Shown: in pieces, positions 1 through 8,985 of the stretch
Layout of the letters: the number at the start of each line of letters is the position of its first letter
Numbering within the stretch: position 1 is the first letter of the stretch
NCBI GenBank assembly: GCA_036758085.1
Contig: DAIOXG010000001.1
Span: 8,470-70,675, forward strand
DNA: 62,206 bases
Direction of reading: 5' to 3'
Source: Prevotella sp.
GTDB lineage: Bacteria; Bacteroidota; Bacteroidia; Bacteroidales; Bacteroidaceae
Program-made: the position numbers and the translations under genes
Notes under the pieces: model-generated
What the model saw: only the letters and a program-made list of their open reading frames with translations
Database searches by the model: none
What the model was told of the DNA's origin: nothing

Positions 1-91
1 GCTGAGAACCAGGGCTGAGAACCGGGGCTGAGAACCAGGGCTGAGAACCAGGGCTGAGAACCGGGGCTGAGAACCAGGGCTGAGAACCAGG
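1..91. repeat. Tandem array of seven 13-bp units GCTGAGAACC(A/G)GG, possibly truncated at the window start
   Basis: Read directly; the variable position runs A,G,A,A,G,A,A. Confidence 0.95.
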
Positions 92-125
92 GCTTGCGTC
101 AGGCGTTTATTGTACCCACCCACAC

Positions 126-241
126 CATTTTTAACAATTTTAACACTTAGTCATTTTTTAACATACGTAAACATTTTGTATAACTTTTTAACACTTAGGC
201 ATTTTAACATACATAAACACTTTGCAGAACTTTTTAACATA
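126..241. repeat. AT-rich tract with six TTTAACA copies upstream of the first promoter
   Basis: Copies between about 130 and 240, read directly. Confidence 0.6.
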
Positions 242-303
242 ATATGGGTGCAAAAAGTAGGCGAAAAATTGGCGAAAAATTTGGAGGGTATTGGAAAAAC
301 CCG

Positions 304-311
304 TACCTTTG
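304..311 (+). promoter_or_regulatory. Bacteroidota housekeeping-sigma -7 element (TACCTTTG)
   Basis: Exact match to TAnnTTTG, about 65 nt upstream of ATG 377. Confidence 0.6.
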
Positions 312-376
312 TATTGGATTTAGGGATGAGGCCTATCTCCACAACATTTTTCAACAATTCAAAAAAAATTTTTACT

Positions 377-724
377 ATGAGTAAAAAGGAGTTTTTAGAG
401 CGTCGTAATGCGGAAAGGGAGGCCAAAAAGGTGGCCATCGCCCAAACCGACATCAACACCAACTATGACGCCCAAAGCGCGGAGTACAAGGCATTCCGCT
501 GCAAGGTAAATCGCTGGCAAAAAGAGTGCCGTGATTACTATAATGAGGAATACGGCTTGCAGTTTAAGGGCTGTTTCCGTTTCGAGGTTCTTAGCGGTAC
601 TTTCAAAGTTACCGAGGTAGGCAAGGTGTTTAGGGCAGAAATTTCTGAGGAGGACGCCAACGACCTTAATAAAGAAATGCGAGAGCTTGAAGTAGAGTTT
701 TCAACAAATGTGTGCAAGAAATAG
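377..724 (+). CDS. Hypothetical early protein (MSKKEFLERR...)
   Basis: In-frame ATG within ORF 110..724, after an A-rich leader and promoter; followed by a terminator. Confidence 0.7.
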   Translation: MSKKEFLERRNAEREAKKVAIAQTDINTNYDAQSAEYKAFRCKVNRWQKECRDYYNEEYGLQFKGCFRFEVLSGTFKVTEVGKVFRAEISEEDANDLNKEMRELEVEFSTNVCKK

Positions 725-733
725 GCACACAAA

Positions 734-749
734 TGTTCCACGTGAAACC
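734..749. promoter_or_regulatory. parS-like palindrome TGTTCCACGTGAAACC
   Basis: 15/16 match to the widespread parS consensus TGTTNCACGTGAAACA. Confidence 0.55.
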
Positions 750-778
750 TCCTACCTTTTTTGGGTGGGGGGTTTTTT
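746..778 (+). terminator. Intrinsic terminator
   Basis: ACCTCCTACC...GGGTGGGGGGT hairpin plus T tract after the stop at 724. Confidence 0.6.
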
Positions 779-1072
779 AATGAGGTGGGGGTACCTTAAA
801 ACCGTCTTTACCCGACTCTCTGCAAAACTACTCTCAAAAATTTTCGACTTCGATTTCCAGGAGTACCGACCGAGCTGCAACCCTACCACTGATTTTCCGA
901 CCTACATGCTTCCATGCCTACCCACTTCTCCGACACTGGGGGGTACTGTTTTCCGTACACTTCGGAGGGGGTACTATACCCAAAAATTTTTTCGGCTTAA
1001 AAACATCAGACTTTATTATAAGACTTTATTATAAGACTTTATGATTAGAAGATTAGAAGATTAGAAAATTGC

Positions 1073-1975
1073 ATGGAAATACAAGATAACTTTCGTTGGT
1101 TCGCTTCAAACACGAATATACTAAACAACGATTATGCAGACAAAATAAAGTGGTTCTACGAAAGAATAGATAAGCCTTTCTATAATCTTTCGTTAGACTA
1201 CAATTCAATGACTAAAGAAAGCAAGTTTCGGTTCTTGCTTATAGAAATTGGCGAAGACAAGGTTTTCGCTCCATATAAAGTTATTCAACTAATGAAAACG
1301 AAGCAAATTCGTTTCTTCGGATTCCCGATTTCGGAAAGCAATAACGAAGCGAATGAACGTAAAGTTTTTGAAGCGCTGAAGAAGATGCCTTTCGTCAAGT
1401 TCGTCTTTACGGAAAGAATTTCTGGAGCGTCTCGACTGACTGAATACGATGACTACTTCTATGATTTGGACAATCCAAAGTTCGCAACAAGCCGTTATCG
1501 CTCAAAAAACTACATCAACAAACTCCTCTCAAATAAAGATGTGCAAATTGCTTTCACAGAATCGCCTTATAGTGCAGCTTTTCAAGAACTTCGTAAAGCA
1601 TGGGAATTAGGAATGGAAGCACGCGGCAGCAAAGTTTCTACAGCATCTGATAGGTGCTTCACAAACATAATCAATTCTCGCAACAAAAATCTTCGCTTCA
1701 TCAGTGTTTTCTACAAAGGCAAATTGCAGAGCCTTCAAGTTTTCTTGATACACGAAGTTTATGCAGACCTCCTATACACCCACCATCTATGGTTAGGTGA
1801 AGAAAAAGGAATACTGAGCAACATCGTCGAAATACAGAAATATCTTTCTTGGAAGTTCCTTTTCGAGCAAGGCATCAAAAGAATCTATCTTGCAGGTTGC
1901 AGGCCAACAGAGCATCGTTTGCTAAAGCATAAGCAAAGAACTTGCGACGGAAGAACAGAGTTTTATCTTCTATAG
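1073..1975 (+). CDS. GNAT-fold protein, DUF2156/MprF-lysyltransferase-domain-like
   Basis: DDYFYD...RYRSKNYINK motif resembles DUF2156 (DY.Y...KRN.IN.F); C-terminal QGIKRIYLAG. Confidence 0.45.
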   Translation: MEIQDNFRWFASNTNILNNDYADKIKWFYERIDKPFYNLSLDYNSMTKESKFRFLLIEIGEDKVFAPYKVIQLMKTKQIRFFGFPISESNNEANERKVFEALKKMPFVKFVFTERISGASRLTEYDDYFYDLDNPKFATSRYRSKNYINKLLSNKDVQIAFTESPYSAAFQELRKAWELGMEARGSKVSTASDRCFTNIINSRNKNLRFISVFYKGKLQSLQVFLIHEVYADLLYTHHLWLGEEKGILSNIVEIQKYLSWKFLFEQGIKRIYLAGCRPTEHRLLKHKQRTCDGRTEFYLL

Positions 1976-2012
1976 TTTTACATATAAAGCTATTTATAGT
2001 AAAACAGAAATT

Positions 2013-2441
2013 ATGAAAGATATTTTTAGGATACCACAAGGCAACTATTTTAGTTGCTCATTCAGCCCAGAATTGCTGACTAACGGAAGTGTAGATGCGA
2101 CATTAGAGTTGCAGAATCTCGAAGTTTCATTCGTTCCTGCCTCTGGAATCGGCAGACCTGTTCATGCAGAGAAGAACGAAGGAAAGTACGTTATTGAACT
2201 CCCTACAGATTTCGCTTTAGGCACTTATGGACTGAAGTTCGTTGGCACACTCACAAACGGACGTCAAGTAAAGTTCGTGGAAAATCCTTTCATAGAGGTG
2301 ACTGCAAGCGGCTTGCACATTCCAGCTGACGTACAGTTCGAGTATAGCATCAATTCGTTGTCTGTGCCCACATATGCTGAGAAAGGAAACGACATCGAAG
2401 AAACTGTTATTCCGCAACCATCTGACACTCCAAACAAATGA
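2013..2441 (+). CDS. Hypothetical protein
   Basis: 142-aa ORF after a CTATTTATA motif. Confidence 0.65.
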   Translation: MKDIFRIPQGNYFSCSFSPELLTNGSVDATLELQNLEVSFVPASGIGRPVHAEKNEGKYVIELPTDFALGTYGLKFVGTLTNGRQVKFVENPFIEVTASGLHIPADVQFEYSINSLSVPTYAEKGNDIEETVIPQPSDTPNK

Positions 2442-2635
2442 ATAAAGTAAGAATCCGCAACAAGACAAAGACGAGGTCTAAAGTCAAGTTCGCAAGACAA
2501 CTGAGTCCAGAATCAGAAGTAAATTACTTATATGAAAAATCCATTAGCAACAACCAAAAAGGCGCTTCAAAGCCAAGGCGTTCTCGACAAGAACGGAAGT
2601 ATCTCGAAGACGACTGGGATGAAGAAGAATGGTGA
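2438..2635 (+). CDS. Small basic hypothetical protein
   Basis: ATGA overlap with the upstream gene. Confidence 0.55.
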   Translation: MNKVRIRNKTKTRSKVKFARQLSPESEVNYLYEKSISNNQKGASKPRRSRQERKYLEDDWDEEEW

Positions 2636-2984
2636 CTACAACAAAATAACGCTTAAAGGCCACCGTTATTCAGCACACACTGTCGCATATCTGAAAGCCC
2701 ATCCAAATGCAAATCTGAATGGCAAGGTCATCCACCACTTATCTCCAGACAAAGACAACAACGATGCTTCGAACTTAGTCGCAATGACGCAAGCTGCGCA
2801 AGCTGCCTTGCACGGAGTACATAATCGTGAGGAATTTAATGAGTGGAAGACCAAGTGGGGCAAAGACTGTCCAGACCTTGCCAAAGTGTCCGCATATTAT
2901 TCGAAACACCTTTCTTCTCTCACTCGCCACACGAATGAAACAAATAGAAAGAACAGACTAGCAATGAAGTCCTTGAAGAAATAA
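2619..2984 (+). CDS. HNH endonuclease
   Basis: AHTVAY...VIHHLSPDKDNNDASNL...ALHG (HNH_3-like). Confidence 0.75.
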   Translation: MKKNGDYNKITLKGHRYSAHTVAYLKAHPNANLNGKVIHHLSPDKDNNDASNLVAMTQAAQAALHGVHNREEFNEWKTKWGKDCPDLAKVSAYYSKHLSSLTRHTNETNRKNRLAMKSLKK

Positions 2985-2998
2985 CTCGTAACTCGACC

Positions 2999-3058
2999 AT
3001 CCCGCAGCCTTTATGTGCAGTATAGCCCCCTCATGCACTTGGCTGCGGGATTTTTGTT
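2999..3058 (+). terminator. Intrinsic terminator
   Basis: ATCCCGCAGCC...GGCTGCGGGAT inverted repeat plus T tract. Confidence 0.75.
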
Positions 3059-3189
3059 TTTGTTTGTGTAAATGTAGATAGTTTGTGCCTCGATTTGCCG
3101 CTTTTTGGCGCTGCTGTGCGCGTGAAAAATTTGGCTAAGGTTACGTATAACGAAAGTGAATTTTGAACGTTAAAAACGACTTTTTTGAA

Positions 3190-3690
3190 ATGGAAGTAAA
3201 AATTTTGTTTGCCGACTTAGACGGCACAATTATAGAGACAAAGAGCGGCGAAACCTTTCCGAAGGACGCTGATGATTGGAAGTTCAAGGACTTAATCCTC
3301 GAGGCAATTGCCTCTTATGCACCAACACACTTGCGCATCGTCAGTAATCAAGGCGGTGTTGAGAAAGGCTACATCACTGCAATGGAATTGTATAAGAAAA
3401 TGAACAGAATTGCAGGACGACTTATCAACTTGCTTCCTAATGTCAGTGTTTCATTAGACTACTGTACATCTTTGGATGCAAATGACAAGCGTCGCAAGCC
3501 AAACACTGGAATGTTAGAGTACTTCTACAACATGCCGCTTTATGAGAAGAAAGACGCTTTAATGATAGGCGACGCAAGCGGCAAAGAAGGTGACTTTTCT
3601 GACTCAGACAAGAAATGCGCCGAGAACTTCGGCATCGAATACATGGACGTAAACGACTTTATTAAAGCTCATGGAAGAACAGGTAGTTAA
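3190..3690 (+). CDS. HAD-IIIA phosphatase (polynucleotide 3'-phosphatase-like)
   Basis: DLDGT, SNQGG, RKPNTGM and IGDASG...SDSD motifs. Confidence 0.9.
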   Translation: MEVKILFADLDGTIIETKSGETFPKDADDWKFKDLILEAIASYAPTHLRIVSNQGGVEKGYITAMELYKKMNRIAGRLINLLPNVSVSLDYCTSLDANDKRRKPNTGMLEYFYNMPLYEKKDALMIGDASGKEGDFSDSDKKCAENFGIEYMDVNDFIKAHGRTGS

Positions 3691-3834
3691 TTACAGAATC
3701 AAGGTAAGCTCAGACTTGATGGGCTTCCAGCTGCACAAAGTACTGACAGACAATGCTGAGAAGATAAACGACTTCATTCGTAGCTTGTCACAAGACATCA
3801 AAGAAGTAACAACTGAACGAATCTCATTACAACG

Positions 3835-4368
3835 ATGACTAGAAGAATAAATAAAACAATGGCTTTGGAAGCTGCTGAACGAATGGCAGATAAAGCATTT
3901 TCAGATAAGATTGCTGAGGCAGACAAAGCTGTCAACGAAGCAATTGAAAGGCTTGTTCGCAAGTACGTTCCACAAGAAGTTATCAGTGTTTGCAAGAAGT
4001 ATCCACAATTCTTCAGCATGACAACTTATGTATCTGTTTCCGCTTATAAAGACACAGATAATGGAACTTACAGAGAGAGTTGGATTTCCGGCACAATAAG
4101 TTTCACAATTCCTTATGAGGTACAGAGTCTTACAGCCACTCATGACGAGTATGACTATGTCAAGGAGCTTTTAGGAATAAAGAAAAGTGTTGTAATCAAC
4201 AAAGAGAATTTTCAAAACGAAATTCATGCAGCTTTATTGCAGCTAAACACAGAAAAGAAGGTAAAAGAGAATCTGCCGGAAGCACTCAAGTACATCGAGT
4301 TTCCGCCAGATAAGCAACTGCCTGCCTGTCAGTTCGACGACTTAAACAAAACTTTATCAAAGATATGA
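3835..4368 (+). CDS. Hypothetical protein, Nmad5-like
   Basis: N-terminal RINKTMA and C-terminal NTEKKVKENLPEA resemble Nmad5 phage proteins. Confidence 0.4.
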   Translation: MTRRINKTMALEAAERMADKAFSDKIAEADKAVNEAIERLVRKYVPQEVISVCKKYPQFFSMTTYVSVSAYKDTDNGTYRESWISGTISFTIPYEVQSLTATHDEYDYVKELLGIKKSVVINKENFQNEIHAALLQLNTEKKVKENLPEALKYIEFPPDKQLPACQFDDLNKTLSKI

Positions 4369-4571
4369 AAAGATTCAATCACATCAAAGCATTCCACCTA
4401 AACTTCGGTTATGGCTGGTGATGGGTAAGCAATGTTTTCTTACCTAATTGAGCGATTATCCCATTTTGGCATATCTGCGACAATTTAGACTATGCGAAGA
4501 CTGGAAAGAACATCGGTCAAGGCGATTGTTATAGTTGGAGCAAAGAACGTCAAGCGCAGAAAGACAAATGA
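4365..4571 (+). pseudogene. Small ORF with two in-frame TGA codons
   Basis: ATGA-coupled at both ends; TGA at 4419 and 4449. Confidence 0.5.
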
Positions 4572-4787
4572 GCACAACGACAATCATAATTGCAGCAATA
4601 GTGCTGGCAGTCTTCATCTTCGCAATGTACAGCGAAGCATATTATGACATCGAAGTTCTACAACGTAAGCTGCACTACTTGGAGGTGCATAAAGAAACTT
4701 TAGGTCTTGCAAGAAGAGCAGGCAATGTTGAAGCAAAGAATCGCTGACTTAGAGCATTGCAACGACATCAAAGACCTCGCACAATGA
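4568..4787 (+). pseudogene. Membrane-anchored coiled-coil protein, probably frameshifted
   Basis: TM N-terminus; an alternative frame (QEEQAMLKQRIADLE...) ends at an ATGA overlap at 4784-4787. Confidence 0.35.
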
Positions 4788-5042
4788 AGGAGCTCAGAAT
4801 AATACACGAGAAGGACTTATGTGAAGACTATGCATACTACCAAAGCAAGTATCATACAACGCACACTTCCATCGAAAGTATTAAATTAGAGCTTATCGAG
4901 TAAGAATAACACAATGCTCATACATGAATGTTTGGTATTCAAGTCTCGTCTGACAACGAAGATAGATGTTACTGCTTTGAACACTTGACTCCAACACAAA
5001 ACGAAGTTTTCTACTAGTATTTAGGTTTATGTAAATGTTATC

Positions 5043-5606
5043 ATGAGCAAGAAAGAAACTTACGATATGAGTCGCAGCCGTTTGTTGAGCTACGTTATTC
5101 AACGATTCAGCAAACTCGATTTGCCGTTAGCCAACAAAGGACATGAATGGAAACATTACTACGGATTGGAGAAAGCCTACATACCAGAAGGTTCACTTGT
5201 CTGCCCGATATGCATAGATGATGCAAGGGCGTGGTATCTTGGCTGGTATCGTGGTGTAGATAAAGACGGCTATCATCTTGTTGAAAGTATCGAGACTCAC
5301 ACAATCTGCCAGTTCACCAATGTATCATTCTATTACATCGAGGCAAGTGAGTTTGCAGATATGCCACAGTTCTTCTACAGCGACAGACAGTTCTATCAAC
5401 ACTACATTATTGAGCGCAAATATTACGGAGTAGAAGACTTCTTCTATGTCGTAGGTTGGACTGTGTTTCACGACGACGGTTCTTTTACTGTAAAACTACG
5501 CAAACGTTATAAAAATACTTGGGTAAATCGTACATACAAGTCTATGCGCTCGCTTACGAAGAAACAAATAAAGGCTCACATGAGCGAAGTACAGAATCTT
5601 TTGTAA
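5043..5606 (+). CDS. Hypothetical protein
   Basis: 187-aa ORF within the + strand gene array. Confidence 0.7.
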   Translation: MSKKETYDMSRSRLLSYVIQRFSKLDLPLANKGHEWKHYYGLEKAYIPEGSLVCPICIDDARAWYLGWYRGVDKDGYHLVESIETHTICQFTNVSFYYIEASEFADMPQFFYSDRQFYQHYIIERKYYGVEDFFYVVGWTVFHDDGSFTVKLRKRYKNTWVNRTYKSMRSLTKKQIKAHMSEVQNLL

Positions 5607-5684
5607 GAAGAAAAGTAAGACGAATGAAAGAGAACTTTAATTGCCTGCATATGGCAATAGACAAAGAGTTAAAAATGTTTAGAC

Positions 5685-6164
5685 ATGAGTGAAACAATAG
5701 AAGGAGGCGACAGAGGCGACAGAAGCTACGGAAAGTCACAAAAACTACGCGAGGTAGCTAAGAAATTAGCTATAGCCTGCGGAGGAACTCAGGAAGAGAT
5801 TGAAAAGAGCGTCACTGCTGAGGCTTCGAAGCAAGAATTTCGGAAAAACTTGCCGAAGGCTTATATTCTGAAGGCAATATATGATAAAATGTCTGAAGAA
5901 CAAATCAAAAGCCTCTCAGCAAAGAACGAATATGTCTTAGTTCCTGTCGAAGAAGAGGAACTTGAACGTCTAAAGCAAAATGCAGTTCATTATATGATGC
6001 CAATGACGATGTCTAAGCCTCCTGAATTGCCAATTTTAGAGCCTTGCGTTCGTGCGGTCCGAATCGGAAGCGATAAAACTCCTAAAATCCTGCCGAAAGT
6101 CTATTCAAAGAAGCGCAAGAAGAAGCAAAGAATACAGAAACAATCACGTAAAAAGCATAAATAA
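5685..6164 (+). CDS. Hypothetical protein with basic C-terminus
   Basis: 159-aa ORF. Confidence 0.65.
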   Translation: MSETIEGGDRGDRSYGKSQKLREVAKKLAIACGGTQEEIEKSVTAEASKQEFRKNLPKAYILKAIYDKMSEEQIKSLSAKNEYVLVPVEEEELERLKQNAVHYMMPMTMSKPPELPILEPCVRAVRIGSDKTPKILPKVYSKKRKKKQRIQKQSRKKHK

Positions 6165-6166
6165 CT

Positions 6167-6694
6167 ATGGCAAAGTTCAAAGACGTAATTAGCTGCCTCA
6201 AAAACGGCAGCACTGCAACACGCCGAGCGTGGAATGACAAGAACATTGAAGTTATGATGCAAATTCCTCAAAGAATTGCTAAGGACATAGTTCCTAAAAT
6301 GACTTCTGTGCAAGAAAGCATAAAGCCGAAGATTAGCACTGTCGGAAGCGGGGAGATTGAGTATCATGACCAGGTACTCATTATTACTTTCGTAGACGAC
6401 GAGAAGACTCCGGCAAAAGCAACTTATTATGTCCCTTCTTGGGAAGACATCTTCGCTGAGGATTGGATTGTTCACATCTCTCTCGAAAGCTACATAAAGT
6501 GCTTGGCCGAAGATGCTGACGAGACTGCTCTGCTTCACGATGAACTTCTTGACTTCACAAAGACAGGAATCTACGAACGTAACGTTTCTGCCGAGAAGAA
6601 GGCAGTAATCCAAAAGGAGATTGCAGCTTTAGCAACGCTGCATGAAGTGCTTGTCGAAAGATACAACTTAGAGCAGAAAGAGAAATATAAGTAA
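6167..6694 (+). CDS. DUF2829 / Tad2-like anti-defence sponge domain fused to a C-terminal helical domain
   Basis: F..VI..LKNG...TRRAWN ... YVPSWEDIFAEDW signature. Confidence 0.7.
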   Translation: MAKFKDVISCLKNGSTATRRAWNDKNIEVMMQIPQRIAKDIVPKMTSVQESIKPKISTVGSGEIEYHDQVLIITFVDDEKTPAKATYYVPSWEDIFAEDWIVHISLESYIKCLAEDADETALLHDELLDFTKTGIYERNVSAEKKAVIQKEIAALATLHEVLVERYNLEQKEKYK

Positions 6695-6845
6695 ATGGTA
6701 GCACGTTAAGAATGAAACTTTATGTATAGCTACATACGGCTAATGAAATTACGCTTTTAATCAAGTAGCTGCATTGGATTACAAGCTATTACAGCTTCAT
6801 AAAGTTTTGAAAACTTGTTATTTATGTGCATAAAATTTTGTAAAA

Positions 6846-7181
6846 ATGGCAGTTTTCAAGCATATCAAATCCGGCAAGCTATATAGAAAGCTTTCTGACA
6901 AGTTCATGTTCAAAGAGAATGGAATTTGGAAGAAAGCTTTAGTGCTTTACGAAGCACTGTATCAGAATCAAGATAGCAAGTACTTCTCCAGGACAAAGGA
7001 AGACTTCGAGGAACACTTTGTCGAAGTGCCGGAGACTGAGTTTTCACGCAAAGACGAGTTCGAGAAAAGGCTCGACTTGCTGATAGAGGACTTTCCAGAG
7101 TTACCTTACGTTGAACTCTCGGACAGCTTGCAGTATTATGCGGATATGCTGCAACGAAAATACAACGAAGAAAATAAATGA
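6846..7181 (+). CDS. DUF1653-like SH3-fold protein
   Basis: FKHIKSGKLY...VLYEALY...FSRTKEDFEEHF. Confidence 0.65.
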   Translation: MAVFKHIKSGKLYRKLSDKFMFKENGIWKKALVLYEALYQNQDSKYFSRTKEDFEEHFVEVPETEFSRKDEFEKRLDLLIEDFPELPYVELSDSLQYYADMLQRKYNEENK

Positions 7182-7182
7182 T

Positions 7183-7543
7183 ATGGCAAAGACAATAAAG
7201 ATAACTTTATATACTCCTAAGGAACTATGGAGTATGTTCTGAACTAAATTTTTCTGGCCGCGCAGAAAGGCGTGTGCAGAATGGGTCGACATTACACAAA
7301 TCTTATTAGAAAGAGATATAATTTCTGACATCATCGTAGGCAAGTACTACAATCAAGGTCTTATCAAAGAAAAAGTAGTTGAGGATTTAGAAATTGATGT
7401 AAGAAAAGCAATTGAAGAATGCTGAAAGAAGACAAAGAAAGTAATAGTAACACCTTATTGGACAGACGAAATTAGCGAAATATCCAAATACTAAGCATAT
7501 GCAAAGAATGCAAGAATACATAAACAATCATGTAGAAGCATAA
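7183..7543 (+). pseudogene. Degraded ORF (two in-frame TGA plus a probable frameshift)
   Basis: TGA at 7240 and 7423; a shifted frame ends ...NHVEA-TAA just before the next ATG. Confidence 0.45.
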
Positions 7544-7549
7544 ATAACT

Positions 7550-7717
7550 ATGGCAAAGACAGATTTTCAATATTGCAAAGGTCAGCACTGCAAGTGTAAA
7601 AGCATATGTAAGCGTTATGTTGTTGGCCTCGAAGCTGTTAATGAGACTGACAAGATACATAGTTGGATAGATAGTTGTGGAAATGCAAATCTCTTTATAA
7701 GAATCGACAATGTTTAA
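7550..7717 (+). CDS. Small Cys-rich protein (MAKTDFQYCKGQHCKCKSICKRY...)
   Basis: 55-aa ORF read manually; C-x4-C-x5-C-x-R-Y pattern. Confidence 0.6.
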   Translation: MAKTDFQYCKGQHCKCKSICKRYVVGLEAVNETDKIHSWIDSCGNANLFIRIDNV

Positions 7718-7732
7718 TAAATTCAGCAGCTT

Positions 7733-8131
7733 ATGATAAGGATTAAACCAAACGATTATGTTCAGCCGACAGAGGTTAGAGAAGATGTTGTGCAGAAAAT
7801 CTGTGACGTTCTTATAACTTATCTCGATGTGAATCGTGCTTTGACAATCAGAGCAAAGCATCCGATTTTATACTTGGCAAAGTACGAAGGAAAGTATGAA
7901 ACAGTGGAAAAGTTTGCGCTGACAAGCGGTACAATGAATCAAGCTTATGTCTACACACAAGTTCATTCTTGCGAAATGAACAAGGCTTTTGAAACATTAC
8001 AGGATGCAGGTTATTACATCTATCTTGAAAGAGACAAGAAAACAAAGATATCTGAGTACAAGTTCTCTAAGAAGCCAGTATTGGACGGAAACAAAGCGAA
8101 GAATTTAGAGTTTGATATGTTCATCGACTAA
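7733..8131 (+). CDS. Hypothetical protein
   Basis: 132-aa ORF. Confidence 0.7.
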   Translation: MIRIKPNDYVQPTEVREDVVQKICDVLITYLDVNRALTIRAKHPILYLAKYEGKYETVEKFALTSGTMNQAYVYTQVHSCEMNKAFETLQDAGYYIYLERDKKTKISEYKFSKKPVLDGNKAKNLEFDMFID

Positions 8132-8274
8132 TTATGGCTTTAGAAACAGAGTTTCTAAACTATCGATTATATTTGAAACATACGGCAAAATAGTTCGGAG
8201 GAAGTAAATCTCGAATAGTATCGGCATAAAAGAGTCCAAATAACAGTACCACAATTACGATTAAATTGCACATA

Positions 8275-8838
8275 ATGGATTATAGCAGTTACATCAAAGA
8301 AGCATTCGACATCGCAAAAGACCACGGTTTTCACGATGTCGAATTGCCAGTTAATCACTCTATCATGCTAATCATTACGGAAATATCCGAAATGGTTGAA
8401 GCCGATAGAAAGAACAAGCGCTGCCAGCTCGACAACTTCGGCAAAGCATGTATTGGCATGAACTTAGACAGCGGTTTCGTCACGAAGTTCGAGAATCAAG
8501 TCAAGGACAATCTAGAGGATGAAATGGCAGATGCCTGCATAAGAATATTCGACCTTGCTGGCACTTTTGGATGGAAGCTATCTGATGCTAAGAGCGAAGA
8601 AGTAGGCTACAGAGCGTATTGTTTCATTTCTCAAAGAAAGTTCACTGAGATTGCATACACACTTTGCAATATACTGACCTCAAACGGACCTGGCAGGCAT
8701 AATGAACAGAAATGCATATCTGCACTTTCGTTTATAGAAAGTTGGGCTAAAGACTTGCACATCGACATTGCTTGGCATATCGAACAAAAGATGGCCTACA
8801 ATAAGACAAGAGTACGACTTCACGGCAAACAATATTAG
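8275..8838 (+). CDS. MazG-like NTP pyrophosphohydrolase
   Basis: LIITEISEMVEADRK...EDEMADACIRIFDLAG...KMAYNKTR..LHGKQY. Confidence 0.85.
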   Translation: MDYSSYIKEAFDIAKDHGFHDVELPVNHSIMLIITEISEMVEADRKNKRCQLDNFGKACIGMNLDSGFVTKFENQVKDNLEDEMADACIRIFDLAGTFGWKLSDAKSEEVGYRAYCFISQRKFTEIAYTLCNILTSNGPGRHNEQKCISALSFIESWAKDLHIDIAWHIEQKMAYNKTRVRLHGKQY

Positions 8839-8938
8839 CTTATGACGAATTGGCTAAGCCGCATTCAGCACCACTTGCATATAACGAAGTTTCGATTCAT
8901 CTTTAGGTTGTGCATATTGAAAAAATTTTGCCCACGTT

Positions 8939-8947
8939 TTATAACTT
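8939..8947 (+). promoter_or_regulatory. TTATAACTT motif (also at 18913 and 23476), candidate phage promoter
   Basis: Three intergenic copies, each about 20-40 nt before an ATG. Confidence 0.4.
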
Positions 8948-8985
8948 ACAGAAATTTTGAAAATAACTTTTTAATTTTTGAACAA

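Noticed and set aside
1..91. CRISPR array
   Set aside because: The units are contiguous 13-mers with no unique spacers, and no cas genes are present.
110..376. N-terminal extension of ORF 110..724, and ORF 708..1034
   Set aside because: They cover repeats, a promoter, the parS-like site and a terminator; ATG 377 is the plausible start.
3085..3190. Ninth copy of the dispersed element
   Set aside because: Only loosely similar (CGATTTG, AAGGTTA), so it was not counted.
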